Position numbers and translations under genes: made by a program
The notes under the pieces: model-generated
Seen by the model: only the letters and a program-made list of their open reading frames with translations
Told to the model about the DNA's origin: nothing
Database searches by the model: none
IMG/VR virus record: IMGVR_UViG_3300024239_000355
Location: 52,378 to 116,377 of that record
DNA: 64,000 nt
From: a virus
Direction: 5' to 3' (one strand)
Shown: positions 56,290-64,000 of the stretch, in pieces
How the letters are laid out: each line of letters opens with the position of its first letter
Position numbering within the stretch: the first letter of the stretch is position 1

Positions 56290-56640
56290 TCAATTATCTG
56301 ATAAGTAACGAATCATTAAATCAGTAAGCCTATCGAGCTTAACATCAAGTTTTTCTTGACCATATCGAAGTTCATCGGCGCGTGCCGCTAAATTCTTATG
56401 ATTTGCTTCGATGGTGGCAATCCGTTGTTCAATACCACTCATGTCACATTCTTCTTTGAGATCATCATAGGCTTTGACTACGTTTTTTTGGACATGCTCC
56501 ATACGGGAAATGCGTTTTTCAAGCTCCATGTCAGCGCGTTTCCAATCCTCATTGGTTCGCGATTCTTGAAACATTTTCACAATCGCGAAAGCCAGCGCGA
56601 AAAGACCGCCTATTACAGTAATCGCCACTGGCCAATCCAT
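56290..56640 (-). CDS. Membrane-anchored coiled-coil protein (holin/XhlA-like architecture)
   Basis: One N-terminal transmembrane helix followed by a coiled coil. Confidence 0.45.
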   Translation of the reverse strand: MDWPVAITVIGGLFALAFAIVKMFQESRTNEDWKRADMELEKRISRMEHVQKNVVKAYDDLKEECDMSGIEQRIATIEANHKNLAARADELRYGQEKLDVKLDRLTDLMIRYLSDN

Positions 56641-56798
56641 ATTGCACCGCCCTTAGTCGTAGTTACTATATATTTACGTCTCAGAAGTTATATAATAAAC
56701 CCACAGAGACTAAACTATTGTTATTGTTTATGTTGTTACAAACAAAAAGAAAAGGCGGGATGTAATATACATCCCGCCTTTTTGTGGTCTAACGAAGA

Positions 56799-57209
56799 TT
56801 AGAGAACTTCGTTACGAACAACGGCGACGTTGTTGCCGCTGGTGTCACCAACGGAGAAGGAGAAACCTTCGATACCGTCGAGAGCCAGAGCAAGGTCTTC
56901 ACCATCTTCACCCCAAGCACGGGTATGCTCGATGGCGAACTTGAAGGTGTAGACCGAAACCGTTGCGCCAGTGCCAGCAGCCGGGAGGTCGGCAATCGGA
57001 CCAGTCTCGCTGGTGACGGTTACATCGCTCAGAATGACCGGCTGGGCACGCAGGTTGATGGTCTCAACCAGCTTGTCCAGGCTGTGCTGGGAAGCGTTAG
57101 CCGGGTTGCCAGTAACGCGAATGTCCACAAGGGTGCGGACAGTGAAGAAGTCCATATTGCCGGTAAGCTTCTCACCAGCGAAAACGTGACCGTGAACCTT
57201 CTCTACCAT
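56799..57209 (-). CDS. Probable virion structural protein
   Basis: Highly biased codon usage, strong RBS AGGAG, late promoter upstream, terminator downstream (~56750-56785). Confidence 0.6.
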   Translation of the reverse strand: MVEKVHGHVFAGEKLTGNMDFFTVRTLVDIRVTGNPANASQHSLDKLVETINLRAQPVILSDVTVTSETGPIADLPAAGTGATVSVYTFKFAIEHTRAWGEDGEDLALALDGIEGFSFSVGDTSGNNVAVVRNEVL

Positions 57210-57367
57210 GGTAATCTCCTAAATTTCAATTATGGGTTCGGGGTGATCCCTTCTGAAATTATTTAGCATCAATTTTTGAAGACTATTGGAAACCAGCTTT
57301 TCTGCGGTTTTTAACCCTTGGTCTTGTATTTATTCACTTACACATGAGGTGTAAGCTAAATAGAATT

Positions 57368-58429
57368 ATGTGGCTTACATATCGATATCGCCTATACCCA
57401 ACTACTACCCAGAAAGCAGCAATTCACCGTATTTGTGGAAGCCAGCGGTGGGTGTGGAACATGCTGCTCGGGTTGAACATCAAACGATACCGAGAACGGC
57501 GGGACGTATTGTCATATCCGCAGATGTGCGAAAAACTTCCCTTGCTCAAAACCCAATGCCCATGGCTTAAAGAAGTTCCATCACAAGCATTGCAGTATGT
57601 AGCGCGTGAACTCGACCGGGAAATTCAGTGGCACCTACGCAACACGCAGTCGTTTCCTACCTTTCGTAAGAAAAAGGAAGCGCACGGCAAGTTCACCGTT
57701 CCTCAATTTGTGAAGCCGGGCACCAAGACCATTACGATCCCGAAAGTCGGGGAAGTGCCATGGATTCGCCATAGCGACCATACACCAATCAACGGCGGGT
57801 CGGTTGTGTGGGATGGGGACCGGTACTTCATCGAGTTCCGGATAGAAATTACCCAGCGCCAACCCAAACGTGACATCCCAAAGACGCAGGCAATTGGTCT
57901 TGTTCTTGGATCGGAGCATTTCCTGACTGACTCGAACGGGGAGCAAATTACTATTCCCCCTACCGTCCCCAAAGCCACGGCACGCCTGGAACGACTTCAA
58001 CGACAAATGAAGCGCAAGAAAAATGGGAACAATCAGATCAAATTAGGAAAAGTAATCCGATGCCAGGAAATGCATCTTGCAGATGCGCGTCGAGATTTCT
58101 TTCACAAAATCAGTCGCTATCTATTGATTCGCAACGACCTCATTTGTGTTGAAAACTCTCTGAGAACCAAAGAGGGTGATCTGTTCGTGGCGATTCTCAA
58201 GGGAAAAGCAGAACGGTACGGTAAAAAGGTCATCGTGATCGACCGTTTTCATCCGTCCCATCTAACCTGTCATGCCTGTGGACAAAAAGAAGTCACCATG
58301 ACCGGGTGCGGTTCTTGCGGCACTACGTTCAGTCCATGGATCAATGGAGCCATAAACGCCCTGGAATGGGGCTACAAACAATACCGCCGGGGCGGCGGTA
58401 ATCTACGCCTTTCAGATACGAGTGCGTAA
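57368..58429 (+). CDS. tnpB: IS200/IS605-family TnpB homologue with inactivated RuvC (TldR-like); no TnpA nearby
   Basis: YRYRLYPT..Q HTH, R.V.N, FP.FRKK, FFHKIS, Zn finger CHACG...CGSCG. RuvC-I reads IGLVLG (D to V), RuvC-II VEN (E kept, following segment shortened), RuvC-III SPWINGAIN (DRD.NAA.N Asp lost). Confidence 0.85.
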   Translation: MWLTYRYRLYPTTTQKAAIHRICGSQRWVWNMLLGLNIKRYRERRDVLSYPQMCEKLPLLKTQCPWLKEVPSQALQYVARELDREIQWHLRNTQSFPTFRKKKEAHGKFTVPQFVKPGTKTITIPKVGEVPWIRHSDHTPINGGSVVWDGDRYFIEFRIEITQRQPKRDIPKTQAIGLVLGSEHFLTDSNGEQITIPPTVPKATARLERLQRQMKRKKNGNNQIKLGKVIRCQEMHLADARRDFFHKISRYLLIRNDLICVENSLRTKEGDLFVAILKGKAERYGKKVIVIDRFHPSHLTCHACGQKEVTMTGCGSCGTTFSPWINGAINALEWGYKQYRRGGGNLRLSDTSA

Positions 58430-58510
58430 GTCCAAGTAGTCGGAAGACCAATTGGCCGCATTCGGGGAAGGAAGCCGCAAGGCAGCCCACACCAGTGTAC
58501 CTTGATATCT
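58380..58510 (+). ncRNA. Putative omegaRNA scaffold (to ~58490) plus ~20-nt guide (58491-58510)
   Basis: TACCGCCGGGGCGGCGGTAATCTACGCC...TAAGTCC...GGAAGGAAGCC-GCAA-GGCAGCCCAC resembles IS605 right-end RNAs; the following ACCAGTGTACCTTGATATCT fills the gap to the convergent stop. Confidence 0.55.
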
Positions 58511-60231
58511 TACCGCCGAATAAGTACCGGCTTCGCAGGTTTCTTCTTTTTGCCTTTCTTAGGCGGGTAAATCGAAGCATTCGGGTCGCCTGCACCCAAC
58601 GCGGTGGCAGCAGTCGCGACACAGCCCGCTGTGGTGCCGTTTTCGATGATGGTGTTACCCTGGTGTTGGAATGACGGCCCAACGAAGCCAGCGCGGGCGC
58701 TAACGCCCTTATTGGCGGTACCCGGCGGATCGTACTTAATGTGCTTCTCTGCCTTATCGAAACCAGCATCATCGGACTGGTAATTACCCTTTGTCCGTTT
58801 CTTCTTGGCTTCGTCAACCATGCTCTTATAGGCATCTCCAAGAGCCTCTTCGGGTTCATTACCCTCAACATCCCCACCCGCAGCCATGGTATCTCCCCAC
58901 TTTTTAAAGGATACCGAAACGGCTTCTGGTTTAGATGGTTTTGTTGGCTGTGTGGCAATTGGGGTATCGAATACGTTCAGATCACCTTCAACGTCATCTT
59001 CCGTTGCAAACTCAAATTCGTTCGTATCGGTCTCATCTTCACGGTGATTAATTTCAAAATACATCACCGGCTCGTGACCAAATTTCTTAGTAAACATTCG
59101 GACGATATCAACCGCATCATAGTCCAACTCAGCAGCCACGCCCGCAACGATATCATTGATTAATGCAGAATACGGACCAAAAATTGCATTCTTGTCACGC
59201 AGATACTTGCTCATTTTAGACAGAACTCGATTAGCGATCTTGTCCTCGTCATCAGAGGCGTCCTTTTCAGGTGCTACCGTATCATGTCGCACATTATATT
59301 TACGCAGTACGTCATCGGTGTAAGACGGCTCGTGATTTGGTTCAGCGTTGTTTGGTACCGCCGTATCAGTACGGGGTGGAAGCGATGCATAAATGGACGG
59401 ATCATCACTGACCGGGGCTTCCGCTCCATCGACTTCCGTTCCGTCAACATCAGCCGATTCGCCCATATGCATCAACTTACGCCCAAGTTTATACCCGAGA
59501 TAAGTCGCACCCAATACCGCAGCACCTTTCAGAAGCTTATTACCAGACCCAGATGCCCCAGTGGTTCCGGTGTTGGTTTCGGGATTATTAACCCCTTTAA
59601 GCTCAAGTTTTTGTGCCTTTGCCAGTTGTTCCAAATACGGAAGAAGCTCACTTTTCTTGGCTCGGGTACGGAGAGCCAAAAGAAGCCGCGTCATTGTAAG
59701 CTGCTTTTCGGAATGATTTAGGTCTTCCCAATCTATAATCAAACGACGAATTGCGCGATAACCCGAATCCCGTATATTAAGAGCATTTTCCATTTTAAGC
59801 AAAAAACGTCGATCCATGTTAATATCAGTATCATTTTGCGCCACCATCCGAAGCCAGCGCACAATATCAACTTCACGAGCATCTACATCTTCAAGATGAG
59901 TGCGGCTGGCATCCGGTTTCTTGTACTTTCCCTCATTGCCATTTAACAATTGAAATAACAGCAAATAAAGATCGGTACCCATACGCCGAAGCTGCTTAAA
60001 ATGTCCATACATAACGGTTGCCTTGGCGTATTTGGCTGCCACAGGCGCGAAATCAAACTCGCTCTTAAGAATTTTCAAGGAGAGAAGATAGAGGAAGATA
60101 AAATCCGTGACATCTTTGGCAGTATAATTACCAAATGCCTTTTCGTTACGGATCAAGGTAGACTCAAGCATACCGTCCACAACTTGATATTCGCCGTCTA
60201 CGAAATTATTCAGAAAGGTCTTCTCGCTCAT
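58510..60231 (-). CDS. Conserved virion-associated-type protein
   Basis: TAAATA 60260-60265 with SD GAGG in a hairpin (60235-60261); C-terminal ENGTTAG.VA...K-rich RR end. Confidence 0.6.
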   Translation of the reverse strand: MSEKTFLNNFVDGEYQVVDGMLESTLIRNEKAFGNYTAKDVTDFIFLYLLSLKILKSEFDFAPVAAKYAKATVMYGHFKQLRRMGTDLYLLLFQLLNGNEGKYKKPDASRTHLEDVDAREVDIVRWLRMVAQNDTDINMDRRFLLKMENALNIRDSGYRAIRRLIIDWEDLNHSEKQLTMTRLLLALRTRAKKSELLPYLEQLAKAQKLELKGVNNPETNTGTTGASGSGNKLLKGAAVLGATYLGYKLGRKLMHMGESADVDGTEVDGAEAPVSDDPSIYASLPPRTDTAVPNNAEPNHEPSYTDDVLRKYNVRHDTVAPEKDASDDEDKIANRVLSKMSKYLRDKNAIFGPYSALINDIVAGVAAELDYDAVDIVRMFTKKFGHEPVMYFEINHREDETDTNEFEFATEDDVEGDLNVFDTPIATQPTKPSKPEAVSVSFKKWGDTMAAGGDVEGNEPEEALGDAYKSMVDEAKKKRTKGNYQSDDAGFDKAEKHIKYDPPGTANKGVSARAGFVGPSFQHQGNTIIENGTTAGCVATAATALGAGDPNASIYPPKKGKKKKPAKPVLIRR

Positions 60232-60272
60232 ATCTACCTCGGTGTAACGCTGACCGAGGTATTTATCCAGAT

Positions 60273-60301
60273 TGACACTAGACGCAAACGTGATATGATG
60301 T
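60273..60301 (+). promoter_or_regulatory. sigma70-type promoter for the zeta-like ORF
   Basis: TTGACA-N17-TATGAT. Confidence 0.7.
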
Positions 60302-60325
60302 TTTAATTTGGAATGGTGATAACTA

Positions 60326-60592
60326 ATGTTTAACCACACCACCGACCTGCGCACATGGGGCGCTAAGAAAGCGACGGATGAGCAGCGGTATGTTGCTCGG
60401 GAAAATGAGGCATTCCGGGTTGAAGCCCGCCGAAATAGATTACTTGGTGAATGGGTTGCCGCCAAAGTGGCGCCCTTCAAGAATTTGAGGATATGGCTCG
60501 CTTCCAAATCATGGTCGGGCAGCCCTAGATCACGCTGCGTTCCGACGAACAAAAAGCGCCTTACGCTCGCTTTCCTTCATGAAATTCCGTGA
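60326..60592 (+). CDS. DUF1476 / F1Fo-ATPase zeta-subunit-like protein (N-terminal half only)
   Basis: E.RY...E..F.VEARRNRLLGEW.A matches the zeta core E.KF..D.E..FKAEARRNRLLGEWAA; similarity is lost after AAK. Confidence 0.6.
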   Translation: MFNHTTDLRTWGAKKATDEQRYVARENEAFRVEARRNRLLGEWVAAKVAPFKNLRIWLASKSWSGSPRSRCVPTNKKRLTLAFLHEIP

Positions 60593-60802
60593 AACAATAT
60601 TCGTCAGTATCGTGTTGACGGAAAACTGGGTCCATTCCATACCCTCGGGATGGCGAAGCACAGCGGTAGTTTGCCGATTAAGCAAATCGGAAAGTTCCAG
60701 GTAAGTAGAGACTTCGTTCTCAATGAGAAGGTTCCGCAAATGGTAGAGGAAATCGTTCGCCCAGCGAGCCGACAATCGAACCGGTGCTTTTACTTTGGAC
60801 AT
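60530..60802 (-). CDS. Hypothetical protein
   Basis: ORF in operon context. Confidence 0.5.
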   Translation of the reverse strand: MSKVKAPVRLSARWANDFLYHLRNLLIENEVSTYLELSDLLNRQTTAVLRHPEGMEWTQFSVNTILTNIVSRNFMKESERKALFVRRNAA

Positions 60803-61122
60803 TCACAATCCCCGCACATCTTGACTTTTCGCGTAATGTATTGTTTATCGCCAGGAAGACGATACTCAATTTTCACGTCCCGAAGATGGTTCTCGTGATA
60901 CGTTCCACCGCAGGACCAGCATACCATCTGGTCACCCATATCGATTTCTTCAACACGCAACACCACACAGACCAAGTGTTTTCGATCACTCGGGTGATAT
61001 GTGCGAAGAACGAAACGATCATCGATATGGGTAACGCCAAAGCCAGCCTTGGCGATTCCCTGACGAATGATTTCGAGGATTTCTTCCTCGCGTTGGTTCA
61101 GTGTGACTTCCATTACCACCAC
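60790..61122 (-). CDS. Hypothetical Zn-ribbon protein
   Basis: CWSCGG...CGDCECP. Confidence 0.5.
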   Translation of the reverse strand: MVVMEVTLNQREEEILEIIRQGIAKAGFGVTHIDDRFVLRTYHPSDRKHLVCVVLRVEEIDMGDQMVCWSCGGTYHENHLRDVKIEYRLPGDKQYITRKVKMCGDCECPK

Positions 61123-61355
61123 TCATACCCGGCATCATGAAGGAGCGGGCGAAACAACGGTTCATAGTCCGGATCACGCAGCACTTTGTGCATTTCAGAG
61201 CTATTGAAACGTTTCTTCGGACGATCCTTCAACTGACAATACCACCGAGGGGGCGACCAGCGCCCCTTCGTATTGTCATACAGAATTTCATGCTTGGGCA
61301 ACGCCCACAGCTTACGAAGCCACTTCTCGTTTTTGCGACGCATCGTGCGCGACAT
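61113..61355 (-). CDS. Hypothetical basic protein
   Basis: MSRTMRRKN...PPRWY...GYEWW. Confidence 0.5.
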   Translation of the reverse strand: MSRTMRRKNEKWLRKLWALPKHEILYDNTKGRWSPPRWYCQLKDRPKKRFNSSEMHKVLRDPDYEPLFRPLLHDAGYEWW

Positions 61356-61425
61356 GATACACTCCCATGTTAGTACATGAGAGTGTGTCGTAGACGCGAT
61401 AATGCTTATTGAGGACGACCACGTT

Positions 61426-62004
61426 TCACCCCAGATTCTGCCGCATCCAGTACAACCCAATGATCAGGCTGGACGTATTCAGTTCGCCACGATCCAGCTT
61501 CAGGTAGGCTTCCTTGAGCGGCATCTTGATCACCTTGATGTCCTCGTGGTGATCCTGAAGCCCCCCATGGGTAGCCGCACCGCTGGAGTCGATGTCCGCG
61601 ACGAAAATATGCAGCTTCTCGGTACAGGCACCGGGGCTGGGATACAGCGAGGTGGCGTGGAAGATGTGGTTGATCTTACAGCCGGGCGCCTCTTCCTCGA
61701 CCTCACGACGCGCCACATCTTCGGGCGCCTCACCTTCCACATCCATGGACCCGGCGACAATTTCTTTTAGCCAAGGATCATCACCATTAACGGCGGCACC
61801 AACCCTGAACTGTTCGGTGATCACGATCTCGTCGGTAGCTCGGTCGTACAGCAAAATACCAACACTGTCACCACGATGAAATACACAACGACTAAAAGCC
61901 ACGGTATCCGTCCCATCATACCGTTCATGTTGAATCGTGACAGTCTTAAACACAAATTTTCCAATTTGCGCCAACACCCGATCATCGACACACGAAAAAC
62001 GCAT
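61426..62004 (-). CDS. Nudix hydrolase (NudF/NudK, ADP-ribose or NDP-sugar pyrophosphatase-like)
   Basis: QFRVGA, EIVAGSMD...A.REVEEE Nudix box, SPGAC.E, EDIKV. Confidence 0.85.
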   Translation of the reverse strand: MRFSCVDDRVLAQIGKFVFKTVTIQHERYDGTDTVAFSRCVFHRGDSVGILLYDRATDEIVITEQFRVGAAVNGDDPWLKEIVAGSMDVEGEAPEDVARREVEEEAPGCKINHIFHATSLYPSPGACTEKLHIFVADIDSSGAATHGGLQDHHEDIKVIKMPLKEAYLKLDRGELNTSSLIIGLYWMRQNLG

Positions 62005-62071
62005 TTCACACCTCGCTGACTTTCGCAGTGATGTATAGCATACAAAGATCGAAAATGCAAGAAGTCTGAAA

Positions 62072-63226
62072 CTACAAGCACACCGGGATGCACCGTCGAA
62101 TGTTGTGGTAACGGCTGTCTGGAATTTCTCGAAGGAAAACCGCCGTCTCGTGCTTAATTTTGTCAAAGTCAGTTTCCCAGATATAGACTAAATTGTACCC
62201 TCCGTTGATAATTTTTCGTTCCCGCTCAATGGTCTTTCGAAACAAATCCCCGTAAGAATGCTTGTTGGAGCGATTAATTTCGGTCGGATGATATATTTCC
62301 GGGTTACCATGCCAATAATCCCCATAAAACTCGTAGACCGTATTACTGTGTGGATCAAAACCATCCACACGAACCCACACCCCATCATCGAATTGAAGTT
62401 TATACTCGATGAATTCTTTCCCAACTTGATACAATGACAACCAGTCATTTTGTTTCTTTGTCATACTACAAGATGGACACCCCCGCCCCTGTAAATGTCC
62501 CAAAGGACGTTGTTCAAACAATCCATGTTGCGGGCAAATAATTTTCACTTTCGTCGTGGAATCCTCATATGAAACCAAGTTGTAATCATATTTGTTCCCA
62601 TGCACCATACGTGATCTGGTAATAAAAATTTCAGTAGTAAGGAACATCGACTCATATACACACTTAGGACAGTTTGCTCCACCCAAATGTTCTTCGGGAG
62701 TTTGCTCGAACAACCCATGTTTATGACATATTATTTGTACTTTAGTCCTGTTGTTAGTGTAATCAACCATCGAGTAATTATATCGATCCTGATGTACTTT
62801 CGTGGCGGCTAAAACAAAATCTTTGGTTGTTCTCCGTTGATTATTAGCACATTTCGGACATCCATGTTTACTACTGATATGTTTATTTGGCATTTGAAAG
62901 AACTCTCCATGTTCCGCACAAATAATTCTAACTGGCGTTTTATTATTACAATACACCACATTAGAATAATCATATCGATTTCCATGCACAACCGTAGCTC
63001 GTTGTATAAAATCATCAGTGGTTAGGGTGTCCTTTCCGCTACATTTCATACACCCCTTGCCACAAAGATGGTTAGATGGTAATTGCTCAAAATCACCATG
63101 CTCATGGCAGGTAATTATTACTTTTACAGTTTGTTTAACGTATTTGGTATGAGAGTAGTCATATTTGTCGCCGTGAATAGCTTTGCATTCAGCGATAAAG
63201 TGTTCTGTTGTTTTTCTTGATGACAT
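62072..63226 (-). CDS. Putative homing endonuclease: four Zn repeats (DUF723-like) plus Vsr/EDxHD-like domain; paralogue of 7172-8071
   Basis: YDYS...I.C..HG.F.Q.P..H..G.GC..C x4; VDGFD...VYEFYGDYWHGNP. Confidence 0.8.
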   Translation of the reverse strand: MSSRKTTEHFIAECKAIHGDKYDYSHTKYVKQTVKVIITCHEHGDFEQLPSNHLCGKGCMKCSGKDTLTTDDFIQRATVVHGNRYDYSNVVYCNNKTPVRIICAEHGEFFQMPNKHISSKHGCPKCANNQRRTTKDFVLAATKVHQDRYNYSMVDYTNNRTKVQIICHKHGLFEQTPEEHLGGANCPKCVYESMFLTTEIFITRSRMVHGNKYDYNLVSYEDSTTKVKIICPQHGLFEQRPLGHLQGRGCPSCSMTKKQNDWLSLYQVGKEFIEYKLQFDDGVWVRVDGFDPHSNTVYEFYGDYWHGNPEIYHPTEINRSNKHSYGDLFRKTIERERKIINGGYNLVYIWETDFDKIKHETAVFLREIPDSRYHNIRRCIPVCL

Positions 63227-63231
63227 GTTTT

Positions 63232-63331
63232 ACACCTGCTAAATAGACCCATGCGGGACAGCCCTCTCAACACCTGCGAGGGTTTTATCGAGGGGTAGGA
63301 GCCTCGATAATTACCGCTATCTCTATTTATC
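63232..63331 (-). ncRNA. Putative structured RNA element, copy B
   Basis: Minus strand: GATAAATAG-N4-AGCGG-TAA-[TTATCGAGG/CCTCGATAA]-AA-[CCCTC loop GAGGG]-CTGTC-CCGC-N6-CTATTTAG. Confidence 0.7.
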
Positions 63332-63447
63332 TTCAGGGTCTCGAATGATTAGCTGCCACAAAGTAAAGCCAGTTAGATATTTTGGCGTAGCTTGACAGGA
63401 GACTAAGTACAAGCTACTATGGCACTATTAGGCAAGGAGGATTTGCC

Positions 63448-63708
63448 ATGTTCGGCTTTATCAGACAGATCATTCGCGACCTTCGCACCCCGGATACACC
63501 GGTAAACATCGAGAAGGCGCATCGCGAGTCCTACAATCGTGCCCGGATGGGTACCGACAATCTGACCGAAGCGCAATTGAGCCGTCCAGTTCCGCAAAAA
63601 AAGTCGGAGCCGAAAACAGTTCCGGCTCCGACTAACAATGATGACGACATCTGGGCAGTCGTTAACGCGGAAATCGACCGCCGACTTGCCGAGGATGCTA
63701 AGAAGTAG
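63448..63708 (+). CDS. Hypothetical protein
   Basis: Promoter TTGACA-N17-TACTAT (~63392-63420) and RBS AAGGAGG. Confidence 0.6.
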   Translation: MFGFIRQIIRDLRTPDTPVNIEKAHRESYNRARMGTDNLTEAQLSRPVPQKKSEPKTVPAPTNNDDDIWAVVNAEIDRRLAEDAKK

Positions 63709-64000
63709 CGTGCGCCCGCGCAGCCTTGTAAACGGCGTTCGCAAAGTCCGGATTGTCCGCCATGGCGTCGTTCACGGCGTCTAGGAACTTCTTGCGCTTT
63801 GCAGGATCGTTTATAATGTCATCCAGCTTTTGGGTGGTACCCTGCTGTGTAGAACCCTGGTTACCCGCTTGCCCTGGCGAACCTTGACTCGGTGATTGCT
63901 GCGGTTGGGCTTGATTGGGCTGGTCTTCTGCTGCTTGCGCAGCTTCCCCAGTACGATCTTGCCAGTCGTGAATGATAGTCGTGAGCTTCTTAAGAAGCGT
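63698..64000 (-). CDS. 3' part of a Gln/Gly-rich protein whose start lies outside the window
   Basis: Open minus frame TLLKKLTTIIHDWQ...YKAARAHATS* ending at TAG 63700-63698. Confidence 0.6.
   Translation of the reverse strand, partial: TLLKKLTTIIHDWQDRTGEAAQAAEDQPNQAQPQQSPSQGSPGQAGNQGSTQQGTTQKLDDIINDPAKRKKFLDAVNDAMADNPDFANAVYKAARAHATS

Noticed and set aside
63241-63340. Hammerhead or other known ribozyme/riboswitch identity for the three-stem element
   Set aside because: Junctions (UAA, AA, CUGUC; or GACAG, UU, UUA on the other strand) lack the CUGANGA/GAAA core and match no aptamer I recognise; an Rfam scan is needed.
1-64000. Alternative genetic code (stop-codon reassignment)
   Set aside because: Well-conserved genes are full length under code 11, and TAA, TAG and TGA all end genes at expected positions.
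1-64000. Canonical tRNA or rRNA genes
   Set aside because: No complete cloverleaf with a GTTCRA T loop found by eye outside coding regions; only the tmRNA and the aberrant element at 40215-40301.

Overview
A 64-kb segment of a large (jumbo-type) T4/RAK2-like myovirus genome, not a bacterial chromosome. It has dense, short, translationally coupled ORFs, a recurring TAAATA late-promoter motif, sigma70-type TTGACA-N17-TAnnnT promoters, six free-standing homing-type endonucleases and a block of probable virion/morphogenesis genes (~45.4-60.2 kb). An alphaproteobacterial host is inferred from GcrA, DUF1178, a zeta-subunit-like ORF, class I LysRS and a circularly permuted two-piece tmRNA. The window carries a large translation-support set (EF-Tu, ArgRS, class I LysRS, Thg1-like, tmRNA, DnaK), a Ter cluster, class II RNR and several host-like metabolic genes. 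The most unusual signals are non-coding. (1) A structured element occurs twice, each time in front of a Zn-repeat endonuclease and between convergent late promoters; in each copy an 8-nt loop sequence is exactly repeated next to that gene's Shine-Dalgarno, and the 8-mers differ between copies. (2) A RuvC-inactivated TnpB sits behind a late promoter with a recognisable omegaRNA-like 3' region (TldR-like). (3) A duplicated RNA motif occurs both as a stand-alone small-RNA unit and as the 5' leader of a large TerD-related gene. All family assignments come from motif recognition by eye; no database searches were run. Several start codons were moved from the ORF track to the ATG supported by an RBS or promoter.
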